From Candidatus Magasanikiibacteriota bacterium (lineage in GTDB: Bacteria > Patescibacteriota > Patescibacteriia > Magasanikbacterales > UBA922), in assembly GCA_016193335.1 (NCBI GenBank), contig JACPSK010000001.1:279424-343423 (forward strand): DNA of 64,000 nt, read 5' to 3'. Below, one piece after another: positions 1 through 9,074 of this stretch (position 1 is its first letter; the number at the start of each line of letters is the position of its first letter). The translations under genes were made by a program, and so were the position numbers. The notes under the pieces are model-generated. The model searched no databases. It was not told the DNA's origin and was given only the letters and a program-made list of their open reading frames with translations.

Positions 1-176
1 GCGGAGCGTCTTAAAAAAGCGCGGAAGCAGGCTGAAAAACAAACAGTCTAAAAGACTGCTTTCATCGCAGGTTCTTGTCAATCTATCGCGGGGACCTGCA
101 ATTTCACGACAAAATCGGGATTAGAGCATCACGACTCAGTCGGGAAAGTCGCGGATTCGCGTTTACACTATTCTTT

Positions 177-250
177 GGACCGGTAGTTCAACTGGTTAGA
201 GCACCGCCCTGTCACGGCGGAAGTTGCGGGTTCGAGTCCCGTCCGGTCCG
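177..250 (+). tRNA. tRNA-Asp (anticodon GTC), CCA not encoded
   Basis: Cloverleaf read directly. Acceptor ggaccgg/ccggtcc, D arm gttc-aactggtta-gagc, anticodon stem ccgcc/ggcgg with loop ctGTCac, T arm gcggg-ttcgagt-cccgt, discriminator g. The minus-strand ORF 168..371 is the usual tRNA-shadow translation. Confidence 0.85.
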
Positions 251-258
251 CATAAATT

Positions 259-285
259 AAAACTCCCCCGAAGGGAGTTTTAATT
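259..285 (+). terminator. Hairpin (aaaactccc-ccgaa-gggagtttt) plus T-rich tail immediately 3' of tRNA-Asp
   Basis: Perfect 9-bp stem followed by ttaatttt. Seen in sequence. Confidence 0.5.
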
Positions 286-428
286 TTGCGAGAACGGAAG
301 CGACACAATAGTTTGTGTCGCGTCGGGACGAGAAGGCCGGAGCGATGTTTTGTGAGCTTGCCGGCGAGCAAAACCGCGAGGCCAGCCTGAATCCGAACGA
401 GTGGAAACGAATGAGAGGTGAAGGCGAA

Positions 429-444
429 TCCCGTCCGGTCCGCA
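429..444 (+). repeat. Direct repeat of the tRNA-Asp 3' end (tcccgtccggtccgca, 16/16 nt identical to 234-249); att-like scar
   Basis: Exact match to the T-arm/acceptor 3' half of the tRNA at 177-250. Followed at 451-479 by a second hairpin plus T7 (aactccgct-tgttt-tagcggagttttttt). Confidence 0.6.
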
Positions 445-504
445 AAATTAACTCCGCTTGTTTTAGCGGAGTTTTTTTGTTGGAAAAAATGAGTTTGTAA
501 TTAC

Positions 505-1185
505 CTAGTTGAGATGTAGGATCTTCCGCAAAAGCGCCGGAACTTCTTTTTTGAAAAAAGACTTCACTTGGGGCCATGTAGCTTTGAAATAAATCTCCGG
601 TTCCGGGTCACTTTCCGCGTCCACAAAATACACCAAACTTTTCAGAATATGATGAAAATCGTGAGCAACAGACGGATACTGAATTTTTAATCTCTTAACG
701 GTATTTTCCAATGACTCAAGATGATTGGCGCACCAGTACAAATCAAAAAAATCTCTTTTCCTGCCACGCTGCGAGATAGCGACAATTTTCATGACCGCTA
801 TGTCCAGCGGATCCAAAATCCTTACTGTACCATGCCAGTGTGGTTTTTGTTTGGGAACAAAAAAGGGATAAGCGATAAAGCTAACCTTGGCTTTGAACAG
901 CTCACCGTAGATGGTATTTTCATCCTCGACTTGTATTGTCCAATCAGGGTTATCCAAAAATTTTGATAATAATCTCTTCATGTCAAAACTCTTTTTTTCA
1001 GTAAAAAAATCCAAATCAACAGATCTTCTATTCCCCGAATGGAGCGCAAGAGCAGTGCCTCCGGCCAAGTACCATTTAGACTTTTTAAGCCAATCTTGCT
1101 TTGACAAAAAATCAAAAGCTTTTTTGGTTTCTTTTGGTAATGTTTCAAAATGAAATGCTGCTAGCTGTGTGTTAGTAACTGCCAT
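505..1185 (-). CDS. Nucleotidyltransferase toxin, AbiEii/AbiGii family (type IV TA / abortive infection)
   Basis: 226 aa. Motif KWYLAGGTALALHSGNRRSVDLDFF is the pol-beta-type NTase signature typical of the AbiEii/DUF1814 family. Overlaps the upstream small ORF by 25 nt. Confidence 0.65.
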   Translation of the reverse strand: MAVTNTQLAAFHFETLPKETKKAFDFLSKQDWLKKSKWYLAGGTALALHSGNRRSVDLDFFTEKKSFDMKRLLSKFLDNPDWTIQVEDENTIYGELFKAKVSFIAYPFFVPKQKPHWHGTVRILDPLDIAVMKIVAISQRGRKRDFFDLYWCANHLESLENTVKRLKIQYPSVAHDFHHILKSLVYFVDAESDPEPEIYFKATWPQVKSFFKKEVPALLRKILHLN

Positions 1186-1385
1186 AATTGTTTAGTTTTG
1201 GGTCGCAAACAGCGAGATTTACCAACTACTTTTTTTAAGTGTTTTTTATCGTAAAAATTCCACATCCACCTTACTTCCTTGTCATTGCCAAAATCCAAAA
1301 TTCGCTCGATAACATATTGAGCGTTTTTACGCGGATCTATGTTCTTTGGATTGGTATCCCAAAATAATGCTTGTCTGAATTTCAT
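1161..1385 (-). CDS. Small protein upstream of and overlapping the AbiEii gene; putative cognate antitoxin/regulator
   Basis: 74 aa ORF whose stop overlaps the toxin start (operon coupling). Function inferred from position only. Confidence 0.35.
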   Translation of the reverse strand: MKFRQALFWDTNPKNIDPRKNAQYVIERILDFGNDKEVRWMWNFYDKKHLKKVVGKSRCLRPKTKQLWQLLTHS

Positions 1386-1450
1386 ACCCTAATTATATCA
1401 AAAAATAGAGCATTCGGCAACCGCATTTATAATCGGATTTCATGAAAAAA

Positions 1451-1478
1451 GTTCTAATCCCGTCTCGTCGGTCCCGCA
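1451..1478 (+). repeat. Third, degenerate copy of a tRNA-Asp-like 3' end (gttctaatcccgtctcgtcggtcccgca), followed by hairpin plus T6 (1480-1512)
   Basis: Shares the T-loop/acceptor-3' pattern with 222-250 and 429-444. No 5' half of a tRNA is present. Followed by aaaaactctgctg-aataca-gcagagtttttt. Confidence 0.45.
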
Positions 1479-1693
1479 TAAAAAACTCTGCTGAATACAG
1501 CAGAGTTTTTTATTGACAACGGATGGGATTGTAGTAGAAAAAAAAGCAACCCATTCATGAGTCACTAATAATTTTGAGCCGGGTTCTAGTGACATAAACG
1601 AAAATGATGTCGAATAAACATCTTTGACGAGCGGCATCAGATTGACAAGAGCTCTCCAAACCGCTATAATAGCGGCCACTTTACTGATTATCT

Positions 1694-3166
1694 ATGTCCA
1701 CAGGGAATGTCATTATCCGTTTCGACAATGTTTCGTTTCAGTACACCGAAGACAAACCGATTTTGGAAGAAGTAAATTTTTCGATACGCGAAGACGCCAA
1801 AATCACCATTATGGGCCAAAACGGAGCGGGCAAGAGCACGATTCTGAAACTGATCTGCGGAGCCGCGCATGTGAACATGGTTGAAACGCTCAAGCCGCGA
1901 GAAGGCTCAGTGCACATTCGCGACCAGGCTTCTATTGGCATCGCGCTCCAGGTCATGCCAAAACATTTTTTTGATCATAACATTACAGACTATTTTGCCA
2001 CTGCCTTTAGCGAACAAAAATATAATTTGGAAAAATTGATCACCGATGTCTTGAAAGTCGTTGATCTCTCCATTCCGCTTACTAAAAAAGTAAAAGAATT
2101 GTCCGGAGGCCAGCAAGCCCGCTTACTTTTGGCCTACGCCCTTATACAGAAGCCGGACATTTTGCTCCTCGACGAACCAACCAATAATCTGGACGCGGAC
2201 GGAATCGCGCATCTGACCGGATTCCTTATGATATACGAAAAAACCGTGATCGTCATTTCCCATGACGCGAATTTTCTGAACGCGTTCACAGACGGTGTTT
2301 TGAACGTGGATCTTCATACCAAAAAAGTGGAACAATACCTGGGCAATTATTTTAACGTCGTAGAACAAATCACGGCGCAAATCGAACGTGAAGAAAAAAA
2401 GAACGCACAGCTTAGACGAAATATCCAAGACCGCAAAGATAAAGTGAATTTTTTCGCGCACAAAGGCGGCAAGATGCGCAAACTTGCGAGCAAACTCAGA
2501 GAAGAAGTGGCTGAGGACGAAGAAAACATGGTAGAGGTGAAACGCGATGACAAAACAATCCGCGAATTCAGCATTCCGGCCCAAGCCTGCTCTGACGTGG
2601 TGGTGAAAATTTCCTCGGTCGGAATTATCAAAAATCATGAAGTGACGGAAAAACCCGTTTCCGTTAGCTTGTGGAAAAAGGATCGCTTGCAAATTGTAGG
2701 GCCGAACGGCATTGGCAAAAGCACGCTCCTTAGGACCTTGGCGCTTGGAGAATCAAACGGCGCAAAAATTGAGAGCGGAATAAAAGTCGGCTATTATCGC
2801 CAAGACTTTTCCGGGCTCGATTTCTCTAAAACCGTGTACGAATCACTCGCGGAAATGATGGACACGCCTGACAATCAAAGCATCTACGCCACCGGAGCCT
2901 CGTTTTTGCTTACGGCCGAACTCATAAAAAATTCCGTTGGCTCGCTTTCTGAAGGCCAAAAAGGATTGCTCTGCTACGCGCGTTTTGTGTTGCAAAAACC
3001 CGGTCTCCTAATTTTGGATGAACCTACCAATCACATTAATTTCCGTCATTTGCCCATTATCGCCAAAGCAATTGATGAATTCGGCGGCGCGGTTATTTTG
3101 GTGTCTCACATGCCCGAATTTATGGAGCAAATTAAGATTACGCAGGAACTGGATTTGGCACGCTAG
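1694..3166 (+). CDS. ABC-F family ATPase (two tandem ABC domains, no TMD)
   Basis: 490 aa. Walker A GQNGAGKST and GPNGIGKSTLL, signatures LSGGQQARL and LSEGQKGLL, Walker B LLLDEPTNNLD and LILDEPTNHIN, charged inter-domain linker. Confidence 0.85.
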   Translation: MSTGNVIIRFDNVSFQYTEDKPILEEVNFSIREDAKITIMGQNGAGKSTILKLICGAAHVNMVETLKPREGSVHIRDQASIGIALQVMPKHFFDHNITDYFATAFSEQKYNLEKLITDVLKVVDLSIPLTKKVKELSGGQQARLLLAYALIQKPDILLLDEPTNNLDADGIAHLTGFLMIYEKTVIVISHDANFLNAFTDGVLNVDLHTKKVEQYLGNYFNVVEQITAQIEREEKKNAQLRRNIQDRKDKVNFFAHKGGKMRKLASKLREEVAEDEENMVEVKRDDKTIREFSIPAQACSDVVVKISSVGIIKNHEVTEKPVSVSLWKKDRLQIVGPNGIGKSTLLRTLALGESNGAKIESGIKVGYYRQDFSGLDFSKTVYESLAEMMDTPDNQSIYATGASFLLTAELIKNSVGSLSEGQKGLLCYARFVLQKPGLLILDEPTNHINFRHLPIIAKAIDEFGGAVILVSHMPEFMEQIKITQELDLAR

Positions 3167-3251
3167 AATCCAAGGAAAAAATCAAAGCATATTCAAAAAA
3201 ACTGGCGAATGAGGCCAGTTTTTTCGTTTATGAAAAATTATCCAAAGTGTC

Positions 3252-6200
3252 TTATTCTCCGATATCCTCCGCGTCACAAACTTTCCATCCTTCAGGCACG
3301 GCGCAAGGCGTGGAAAAAATTTGGCACTGCACGCCCGCGCCGCTTTCCTTGGCATAGGTTATCATCTGAGCGCAGAGTCTTTTTTCTCGAACATCCCAAT
3401 GATTATAAACCGGCTTAGTATCAGTTTCAGGATTCTGTAATTTTATACCGGAGAGAAGCGAACCCCAATCCTCGCTCTTTACGTTTATTTCCAAAATGCC
3501 GCCTTCTTCGTCCAAAGGAACTTCCAAAATTATTAAGCGAGGCTCATCGCCAGGAATCCGATACAATTTTGAAGCTATATTTTGATAGAGAAAATCCTCT
3601 TTTTGAGAATCGGGAATAGGGTGAACGAGCAATTGCTTGAATATACTCAAGTATCCGCTCCCATCTTCGCTATTGATTGTCAGTCCTCCGTTCCATTGCT
3701 CCAAAGTCCAGGAACTGGGATACTCCATTTCGAAATTCGCGAAGGTATTATTTTTTATCAATGAACGCTGGGCTTTGAGCTCTTGGTCTTTCTGTTGCAA
3801 AACTTTTTCAACCGCCCGCTCTCGAATGCTCGCCGGTGTAATGTTCAATTCCGAACCGCGAGGAAAAGAACCTGCGGGATTCAAGACATCGGCGCAGCCG
3901 GCACCCAAGCTCATGAAACCGGCACTAAGGACGCCAAGAGCAAGCACCAAACTCACAAAAGCCTTATTGGTTCTTCTTCCTGTCTTTCCCAAGGTTTTTT
4001 CCGCGTACGCTACGCGCTCTCTCACACCGAGCACCGTATCCGGATTAAGAGAAATGCTGTCTATCCCCTGCTGAACCAAAAATTCAGCGAATTCAGGATT
4101 ATCGCTTGGCGCTTGGCCGCAAATCCCCACGGTTTTTTTGTATTTGTGAGCACTTTTTATTACCTGTTTAATGAGTGTCTTGACCGATTCGTCATCTTCG
4201 CTGTAGAGAGAACTTAAACGATCCGAATCACGATCAACGCCCAAAACCAATTGGGTGAGGTCATTGGAACCTATGCTGAATCCATCAAAAAGTTTCGCGT
4301 ATTCTTCGGCCAAAATGACATTCGAAGGAATTTCACACATCACAAATACTTTGAGCCCCTTCTGTCCTTGTTTAAGTCCATACTCTTCCATGGTCTTGAG
4401 GACTTTTTGACCTTCTTCCGGCGTGCGGCAAAAAGGAACCATCACAACAATATTGTCGAGACCCCATTCTTCGCGCGCTTTTTGTATGGCCTGGCATTCC
4501 AATTTGAAAGCAGGCTTGTAAGCCTTGGAATAATATCTGCTTGCTCCTCTCCAGCCGAGCATTGGATTTTCTTCTTTTGGTTCAAACTCAGCTCCTCCCA
4601 CCAGCGTGGCGTATTCATTGGTTTTGAAATCGCTCAGGCGCACCACCACTTCTTTGGGATAAGACGAAACGGCAATCCGCGCTATACCTTCCGCCAATTT
4701 ATCCACGCAATAATCCGTTTTCTTGGAATATCCCAAGGTGAGTTCGGCTATTTTTTTCTTTGCTTTTTTGTCTTTTAGTTTTGCGTAATGAACCAAAGCC
4801 AAAGGATGAATTCTTATAAAATTGCTGAAAATAAATTCAAGACGCGCCAATCCGATTCCATCATTGGGCAAAAAAGACAGAGAAAAAGCGTTATGGGGAT
4901 CTCCCATATTCATCATTATCTTTGTCTTGGTAGACGGAATATTTTGGATGGTAGAACGCTTGAGTTCGTAAGGCAGGATCCCTTTATAAATTCTGCCTTC
5001 TTCCCCTTCAGCGCAGCTCACGGTTATATTTGTTCCATCTTTAAGCACTTTTGTGGCGTTCTCTACTCCCACCACGCAAGGTACTCCCAATTCTCTCGAA
5101 ACAATCGCGGCATGGCTGGTCTTTCCGCCTTTTTCCGTTACAATCGCGCCGGCGATTCGCATGATGGGTTCCCAATCAGGATCTGTAACATGAGTTACCA
5201 AAACTTCGCCTTTTTTAAGAGACTTCATTTCTGAAGGTTTTTGTATGACACGCACTTTGCCCGCTCCGATTTTTTGCCCCACGGCCACTCCGGACAAAAG
5301 CAATTCGCCCTTATGTTTTAAACGATAGACCTCAAGAAAAGCATGATCTGAAAGGCTTTTTACGGTTTCCGGTCTTGCCTGCACAATAAAAAATTCACCC
5401 GTTTCTCCATCTTTGGCCCATTCTATGTCTTGCGGCTTCCCATAGTGCTCTTCTATAAGAAGAGCCCACTGCGCGAGCTGTAATGCTTCAGCTTCGTTCA
5501 GACAAAAACGATGTTGGTCTTTGGCAGACACCACCTGCTGTTTTGTCCCCGCGCTTTTCCCCGATACGAGTTTGATGTCTTTTTTGCCCAAAATCTTACT
5601 GATGAGAGCTTTTTTACCTTTTCTGAGTCCTTCTTTGAAAATATAATATTGGTCCGGATTTACTTTTCCTTTTACCACGTATTCTCCAAGACCATAGGAA
5701 GCGTCTATAAGCACCACACCCTGAAATCCGGATTCAGTATCCAAAGTAAACATAACGCCGCTGACTCCATTTTCCGCTCGGACCATGCGTTGTACTGCCA
5801 CAGAAAGAGCGACTTCCAAATGATCATAGCCTTTTGTTTCCCTATACGAGAGCGCTCGATCGGTAAAAAGTGATGCCATGCATTTGTGCACCGCTGATAG
5901 AACGGCTTTTTCTCCTCGTATGTTTAAAAAAGATTCTTGCTGACCCGCGAAACTGGCGGCTGGCAGATCTTCTGCCGTGGCGCTGGAACGGACCGCCACC
6001 AGACCGGGATCTCCGGACTTGGCGAGCGTTTTGTAAGCAAGAACTATTTCTTTTTGCAGAGTAAGAGGCAAAGAAGTGCTCATGATGAGTTTGCGCGCGG
6101 ATGAAGCCACGCGTTTCAATTGGCCAATATCGCGAACATCCACATTTTTGAGCAAAATTTTCAGCTTCTTTTTAAGCCCGGTGGATTCCAAAAAATCGCG

Positions 6201-6398
6201 GTATGCCCTTGCCGTGACCGCAAAACCGTCTGGCACGCGGATACCTTTTCTGCCGAGTTTGCCATACATTTCTCCCAGAGACGCGGTTTTGCCGCCAACC
6301 AAAGGAACATCTTGTATGGAGATGTCTTTGAACCAGAGAATACGCTGAAGTTCTCTTGAATCTGATTTCATGGCAAAAATAAGGTCTGAATGAGACAA
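3252..6398 (-). CDS. ppsA: Phosphoenolpyruvate synthase (PpsA-like; ATP-grasp plus PEP-utilising His domain plus TIM barrel) with an unusual ~255-aa C-terminal extension carrying a lipoprotein-type signal/TM and an extracytoplasmic domain
   Basis: 1048 aa. N-terminal RVPDGFAVTARAYRDF, mobile His domain GGKTSHAAIVSRELGVPCVVG, C-terminal PEP-utilising TIM barrel GSNDLTQLVLGVDRD. After the canonical end (...VAYAEK) the frame continues without a stop through RRTNKAFVSLVLALGVLSAGFMSLGAGC (lipobox LGAGC) and ~220 more residues. Confidence 0.8.
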   Translation of the reverse strand: MSHSDLIFAMKSDSRELQRILWFKDISIQDVPLVGGKTASLGEMYGKLGRKGIRVPDGFAVTARAYRDFLESTGLKKKLKILLKNVDVRDIGQLKRVASSARKLIMSTSLPLTLQKEIVLAYKTLAKSGDPGLVAVRSSATAEDLPAASFAGQQESFLNIRGEKAVLSAVHKCMASLFTDRALSYRETKGYDHLEVALSVAVQRMVRAENGVSGVMFTLDTESGFQGVVLIDASYGLGEYVVKGKVNPDQYYIFKEGLRKGKKALISKILGKKDIKLVSGKSAGTKQQVVSAKDQHRFCLNEAEALQLAQWALLIEEHYGKPQDIEWAKDGETGEFFIVQARPETVKSLSDHAFLEVYRLKHKGELLLSGVAVGQKIGAGKVRVIQKPSEMKSLKKGEVLVTHVTDPDWEPIMRIAGAIVTEKGGKTSHAAIVSRELGVPCVVGVENATKVLKDGTNITVSCAEGEEGRIYKGILPYELKRSTIQNIPSTKTKIMMNMGDPHNAFSLSFLPNDGIGLARLEFIFSNFIRIHPLALVHYAKLKDKKAKKKIAELTLGYSKKTDYCVDKLAEGIARIAVSSYPKEVVVRLSDFKTNEYATLVGGAEFEPKEENPMLGWRGASRYYSKAYKPAFKLECQAIQKAREEWGLDNIVVMVPFCRTPEEGQKVLKTMEEYGLKQGQKGLKVFVMCEIPSNVILAEEYAKLFDGFSIGSNDLTQLVLGVDRDSDRLSSLYSEDDESVKTLIKQVIKSAHKYKKTVGICGQAPSDNPEFAEFLVQQGIDSISLNPDTVLGVRERVAYAEKTLGKTGRRTNKAFVSLVLALGVLSAGFMSLGAGCADVLNPAGSFPRGSELNITPASIRERAVEKVLQQKDQELKAQRSLIKNNTFANFEMEYPSSWTLEQWNGGLTINSEDGSGYLSIFKQLLVHPIPDSQKEDFLYQNIASKLYRIPGDEPRLIILEVPLDEEGGILEINVKSEDWGSLLSGIKLQNPETDTKPVYNHWDVREKRLCAQMITYAKESGAGVQCQIFSTPCAVPEGWKVCDAEDIGE

Positions 6399-6436
6399 AA
6401 ATCAGTATAACACAAAAAGCAGTTAAAAAACAAAAA

Positions 6437-7873
6437 TCAAACCTCTCTCACTTCGAGGACATTCACATGCCCGGATTCCCCCACCGGCTCTCCGGCGACC
6501 ACAATGATCTTGTCGCCCTTTTTTACTTGTTTATGTTTTTTTAGATAAACCATTGAACGCTCCACCAACTCTTCTATGGTTCTGCAAGGCGGGAGGACAA
6601 AAGGCGCCAGACCCCAAGACAAATTTAGCTGACGTTCTGTCCGCTCTGAATTGGTAGCCACCACGACCGGAAACTCAGGCCTGTTGCGGCTGATGAGCCG
6701 GCCTGTTTCTCCGCTGATGGAAGCGGCCAAAATAAGTTTTGCCCCAAGATCTTCGGCCGCCATCCGCGACATACGACTGATCACTTCATCCACAGAATGT
6801 TTTTTATGCGGGTTCTCCCGCGGGTGCAAGTCATCATAAGCGGATTCTTCGGTTTTCTCTATGATTTCCGACATGGTCTGGACAGTCTCCACCGGGTATT
6901 TTCCCGTGGCGGTTTCGTTGGAAAGCATTACCGCGTCCGCGTGGTCTATCACCGCGTTTGCCACGTCCGAGACTTCGGCTCTGGTAGGACGAGGATTATT
7001 TTGCATGGAATCGAGCATCTGTGTCGCCACGATAACCGGCTTTGCGTGATCAAGAGCCAAATCTATCAATTTTTTTTGCGTGAGTGGGACTTCGGCGGCC
7101 GGAATTTCTATGCCCAAGTCTCCGCGAGCCACCATGATGCCATCCACTACTTCGAGAATTTCGAGTATGTTCTGAACAGCTTTGCCTCGTTCTATTTTTG
7201 CGATTATTCTAATCGGCTGATCGGACACGATACCGCATTCTTTCTCATATTCTTTTATAAGATAACGTAAATCCAATATATCTTTGGCGCTGGTAACGAA
7301 GGAGAGCGCCATCAGGTCTACCTTCTGTTCGACTCCAAAACGCGCGTCCTTTTTGTCTTTTTCCGTAAGCGAGCTTACACTCAGATGCGAATCCGGTATA
7401 TTGATACCTTTGTGCGAGGTGATGGAACCGGAATTCAAAACCTTTGCGCTGATCCGAGTTCCTTCGACGCTTTCAATTTTTGTGCCCGTACGTCCATCAT
7501 TGAGCAGAAGCCGTTCTCCGCTCTGTACATGGGTATGCAATTCTTTGTAATCAACCGGAATCGCGGCGCCTTTATAGCTGTCTATGCTGGTGTCAAAAAT
7601 CACCGTGTCTCCTTCTTTTAATTCTATCCCCTCACCAGGCAAGACTCCAACTCTGATTTTAGGCCCTTGAAGATCTTGAAGCACGGCTATGGGTTCTCCG
7701 GTCTTTTTTCCAACCGAGCGAATATGTTCTATGAGCATCTGATGATTTTCATAGGTTCCATGTGAAAAATTCAAGCGAGCGATATTCATGCCGGCTTTAA
7801 CCATGGCGGTTATTTTCTCTATATTTTCGCAAGCAGGACCGATGGTACACACTATTTTCGTTCTTTTTTTCAT
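6437..7873 (-). CDS. pyk: Pyruvate kinase
   Basis: 478 aa. N-terminus MKKRTKIVCTIGPACENIEKI...NIARLNFSHGTYENHQ is the classic PK signature. Barrel and C-terminal regulatory domain present. Confidence 0.9.
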   Translation of the reverse strand: MKKRTKIVCTIGPACENIEKITAMVKAGMNIARLNFSHGTYENHQMLIEHIRSVGKKTGEPIAVLQDLQGPKIRVGVLPGEGIELKEGDTVIFDTSIDSYKGAAIPVDYKELHTHVQSGERLLLNDGRTGTKIESVEGTRISAKVLNSGSITSHKGINIPDSHLSVSSLTEKDKKDARFGVEQKVDLMALSFVTSAKDILDLRYLIKEYEKECGIVSDQPIRIIAKIERGKAVQNILEILEVVDGIMVARGDLGIEIPAAEVPLTQKKLIDLALDHAKPVIVATQMLDSMQNNPRPTRAEVSDVANAVIDHADAVMLSNETATGKYPVETVQTMSEIIEKTEESAYDDLHPRENPHKKHSVDEVISRMSRMAAEDLGAKLILAASISGETGRLISRNRPEFPVVVATNSERTERQLNLSWGLAPFVLPPCRTIEELVERSMVYLKKHKQVKKGDKIIVVAGEPVGESGHVNVLEVREV

Positions 7874-7956
7874 AAACAGCGTTTCGTATGATTAATAACC
7901 GGACAAGACTAAATAAAAAATTCAAGAGGAGCCGACCCCGCGTAGGGATATTAATT

Positions 7957-8424
7957 TTATTGAGGGTTTGGAGATTTTCCCGAGTATTGGTCGGGTCTTC
8001 CCACGTTCATTTGTTTGGATTCCAAAAAACGATCCACAGAAACTCCGGGAGGCAAAAACTGTTCTATGATAGAGCCGATATCACCCAAGGGAAGGCCCGC
8101 TGAAGAAGATCCGACAAACTGACTGTAAGTCTTTGTGAATTCGCGTATGAGAGGCGGCAAATAAATGGCGCCGAGAATAAAGGGGGCCAGGAACAAACAT
8201 AACTTGATATAATCTCCCACCGCTATGACCGTGAGCCGCCGTTTTATTTTTTTATTTTGCTGATAGATAAGCTCAGACCATTTGATATTTTTTTCCACTA
8301 ATTCCCGAAGCGACCCGTCAATATCCGGCGTATCTTGGATAGGCTTTTCCACTTTAGCCCTATCTTCATGAAGGGTGGTCATATTAGGTATGTGAAGTAT
8401 AAAAATTTTTGCGAATAATCTCAA
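7957..8424 (-). CDS. Hypothetical single-pass membrane protein, immediately downstream of nrdR
   Basis: 155 aa ORF, one hydrophobic segment (LCLFLAPFILGAIYL), 1-nt gap to nrdR. No recognisable domain. Confidence 0.45.
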   Translation of the reverse strand: MRLFAKIFILHIPNMTTLHEDRAKVEKPIQDTPDIDGSLRELVEKNIKWSELIYQQNKKIKRRLTVIAVGDYIKLCLFLAPFILGAIYLPPLIREFTKTYSQFVGSSSAGLPLGDIGSIIEQFLPPGVSVDRFLESKQMNVGRPDQYSGKSPNPQ

Positions 8425-8425
8425 C

Positions 8426-8905
8426 TCAGAAATTTTTTTCTATATGATTTTTCTTCCCGCGTTTCAAAGATTTAATTTCATTTTCAAAAGTATGCACATC
8501 TTCAAAAGCCCGATAAATGGAAGCAAAACGTATATAAGCCACTTTATCAAAATGCTTCAAGTGTTTCATCACTGATTCACCGATCTCAGAACTGGTGATT
8601 TCGCGACGCTTCTTTTTTTGGAGATCGCGCTCTATGGCATACATGAGCCGATCGAACTTCTCCCCTGTATAGGGACGTTTGGTGAGGGATTGCAAAATAC
8701 CGTTTTGCAATTTCCCCCTGCTATAGGCTTCCCGACGTCCGTCGTTTTTTACGACCGTGATATCGAGAACCTCCATTTGCTCCACCGTTGAAAAACGATA
8801 CGAACACTTTACGCATTCCCGACGCCTCCTCACCGACATTCCGTCCTGGGTTATGCGAGAATCTATAACCTTGGTTTCTCGGGATCTACAGACCGGACAG
8901 TTCAT
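8426..8905 (-). CDS. nrdR: Transcriptional repressor NrdR (zinc ribbon plus ATP-cone)
   Basis: 159 aa. MNCPVCRSRETKVIDSR...RRRRECVKCSYRFSTVE, ATP-cone, C-terminal KVAYIRFASIYRAFEDV. Near-textbook NrdR. Confidence 0.85.
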   Translation of the reverse strand: MNCPVCRSRETKVIDSRITQDGMSVRRRRECVKCSYRFSTVEQMEVLDITVVKNDGRREAYSRGKLQNGILQSLTKRPYTGEKFDRLMYAIERDLQKKKRREITSSEIGESVMKHLKHFDKVAYIRFASIYRAFEDVHTFENEIKSLKRGKKNHIEKNF

Positions 8906-9074
8906 ATAGCTTGCAAATAGTATTCAATAAAATGCCTCTCTGTAAAGGCTCAAAAAACATTATAAATATATCACATTAAAAATGCCCTGCAAAGCAGGAC
9001 ATTGTTTCAAATTTAACTGATCCGAAACTGGCTCAAAATTATTTTCGAGATAGACTCCAGATAAACAACAAAAT

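Noticed and set aside
1-51. Partial 3' end of an upstream plus-strand gene (...AERLKKARKQAEKQTV*)
   Set aside because: Only 16 codons are visible, which is too short to support a call.
290-450. tmRNA or second tRNA downstream of tRNA-Asp
   Set aside because: Only the 3' acceptor/T-arm half is present (16 nt). I could not find a pairing 5' acceptor strand or a resume codon/tag ORF. It is better explained as an att-site duplicate.
2123-2692. 189-aa minus-strand ORF
   Set aside because: It is fully embedded antisense within the well-supported ABC-F gene and has no motif and biased composition.
8906-9074. NrdR box or terminator in the nrdR-ftsZ spacer
   Set aside because: Only a weak 5-bp hairpin (ccctgc..gcagg) is present. 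No tandem NrdR-box pattern was recognised.
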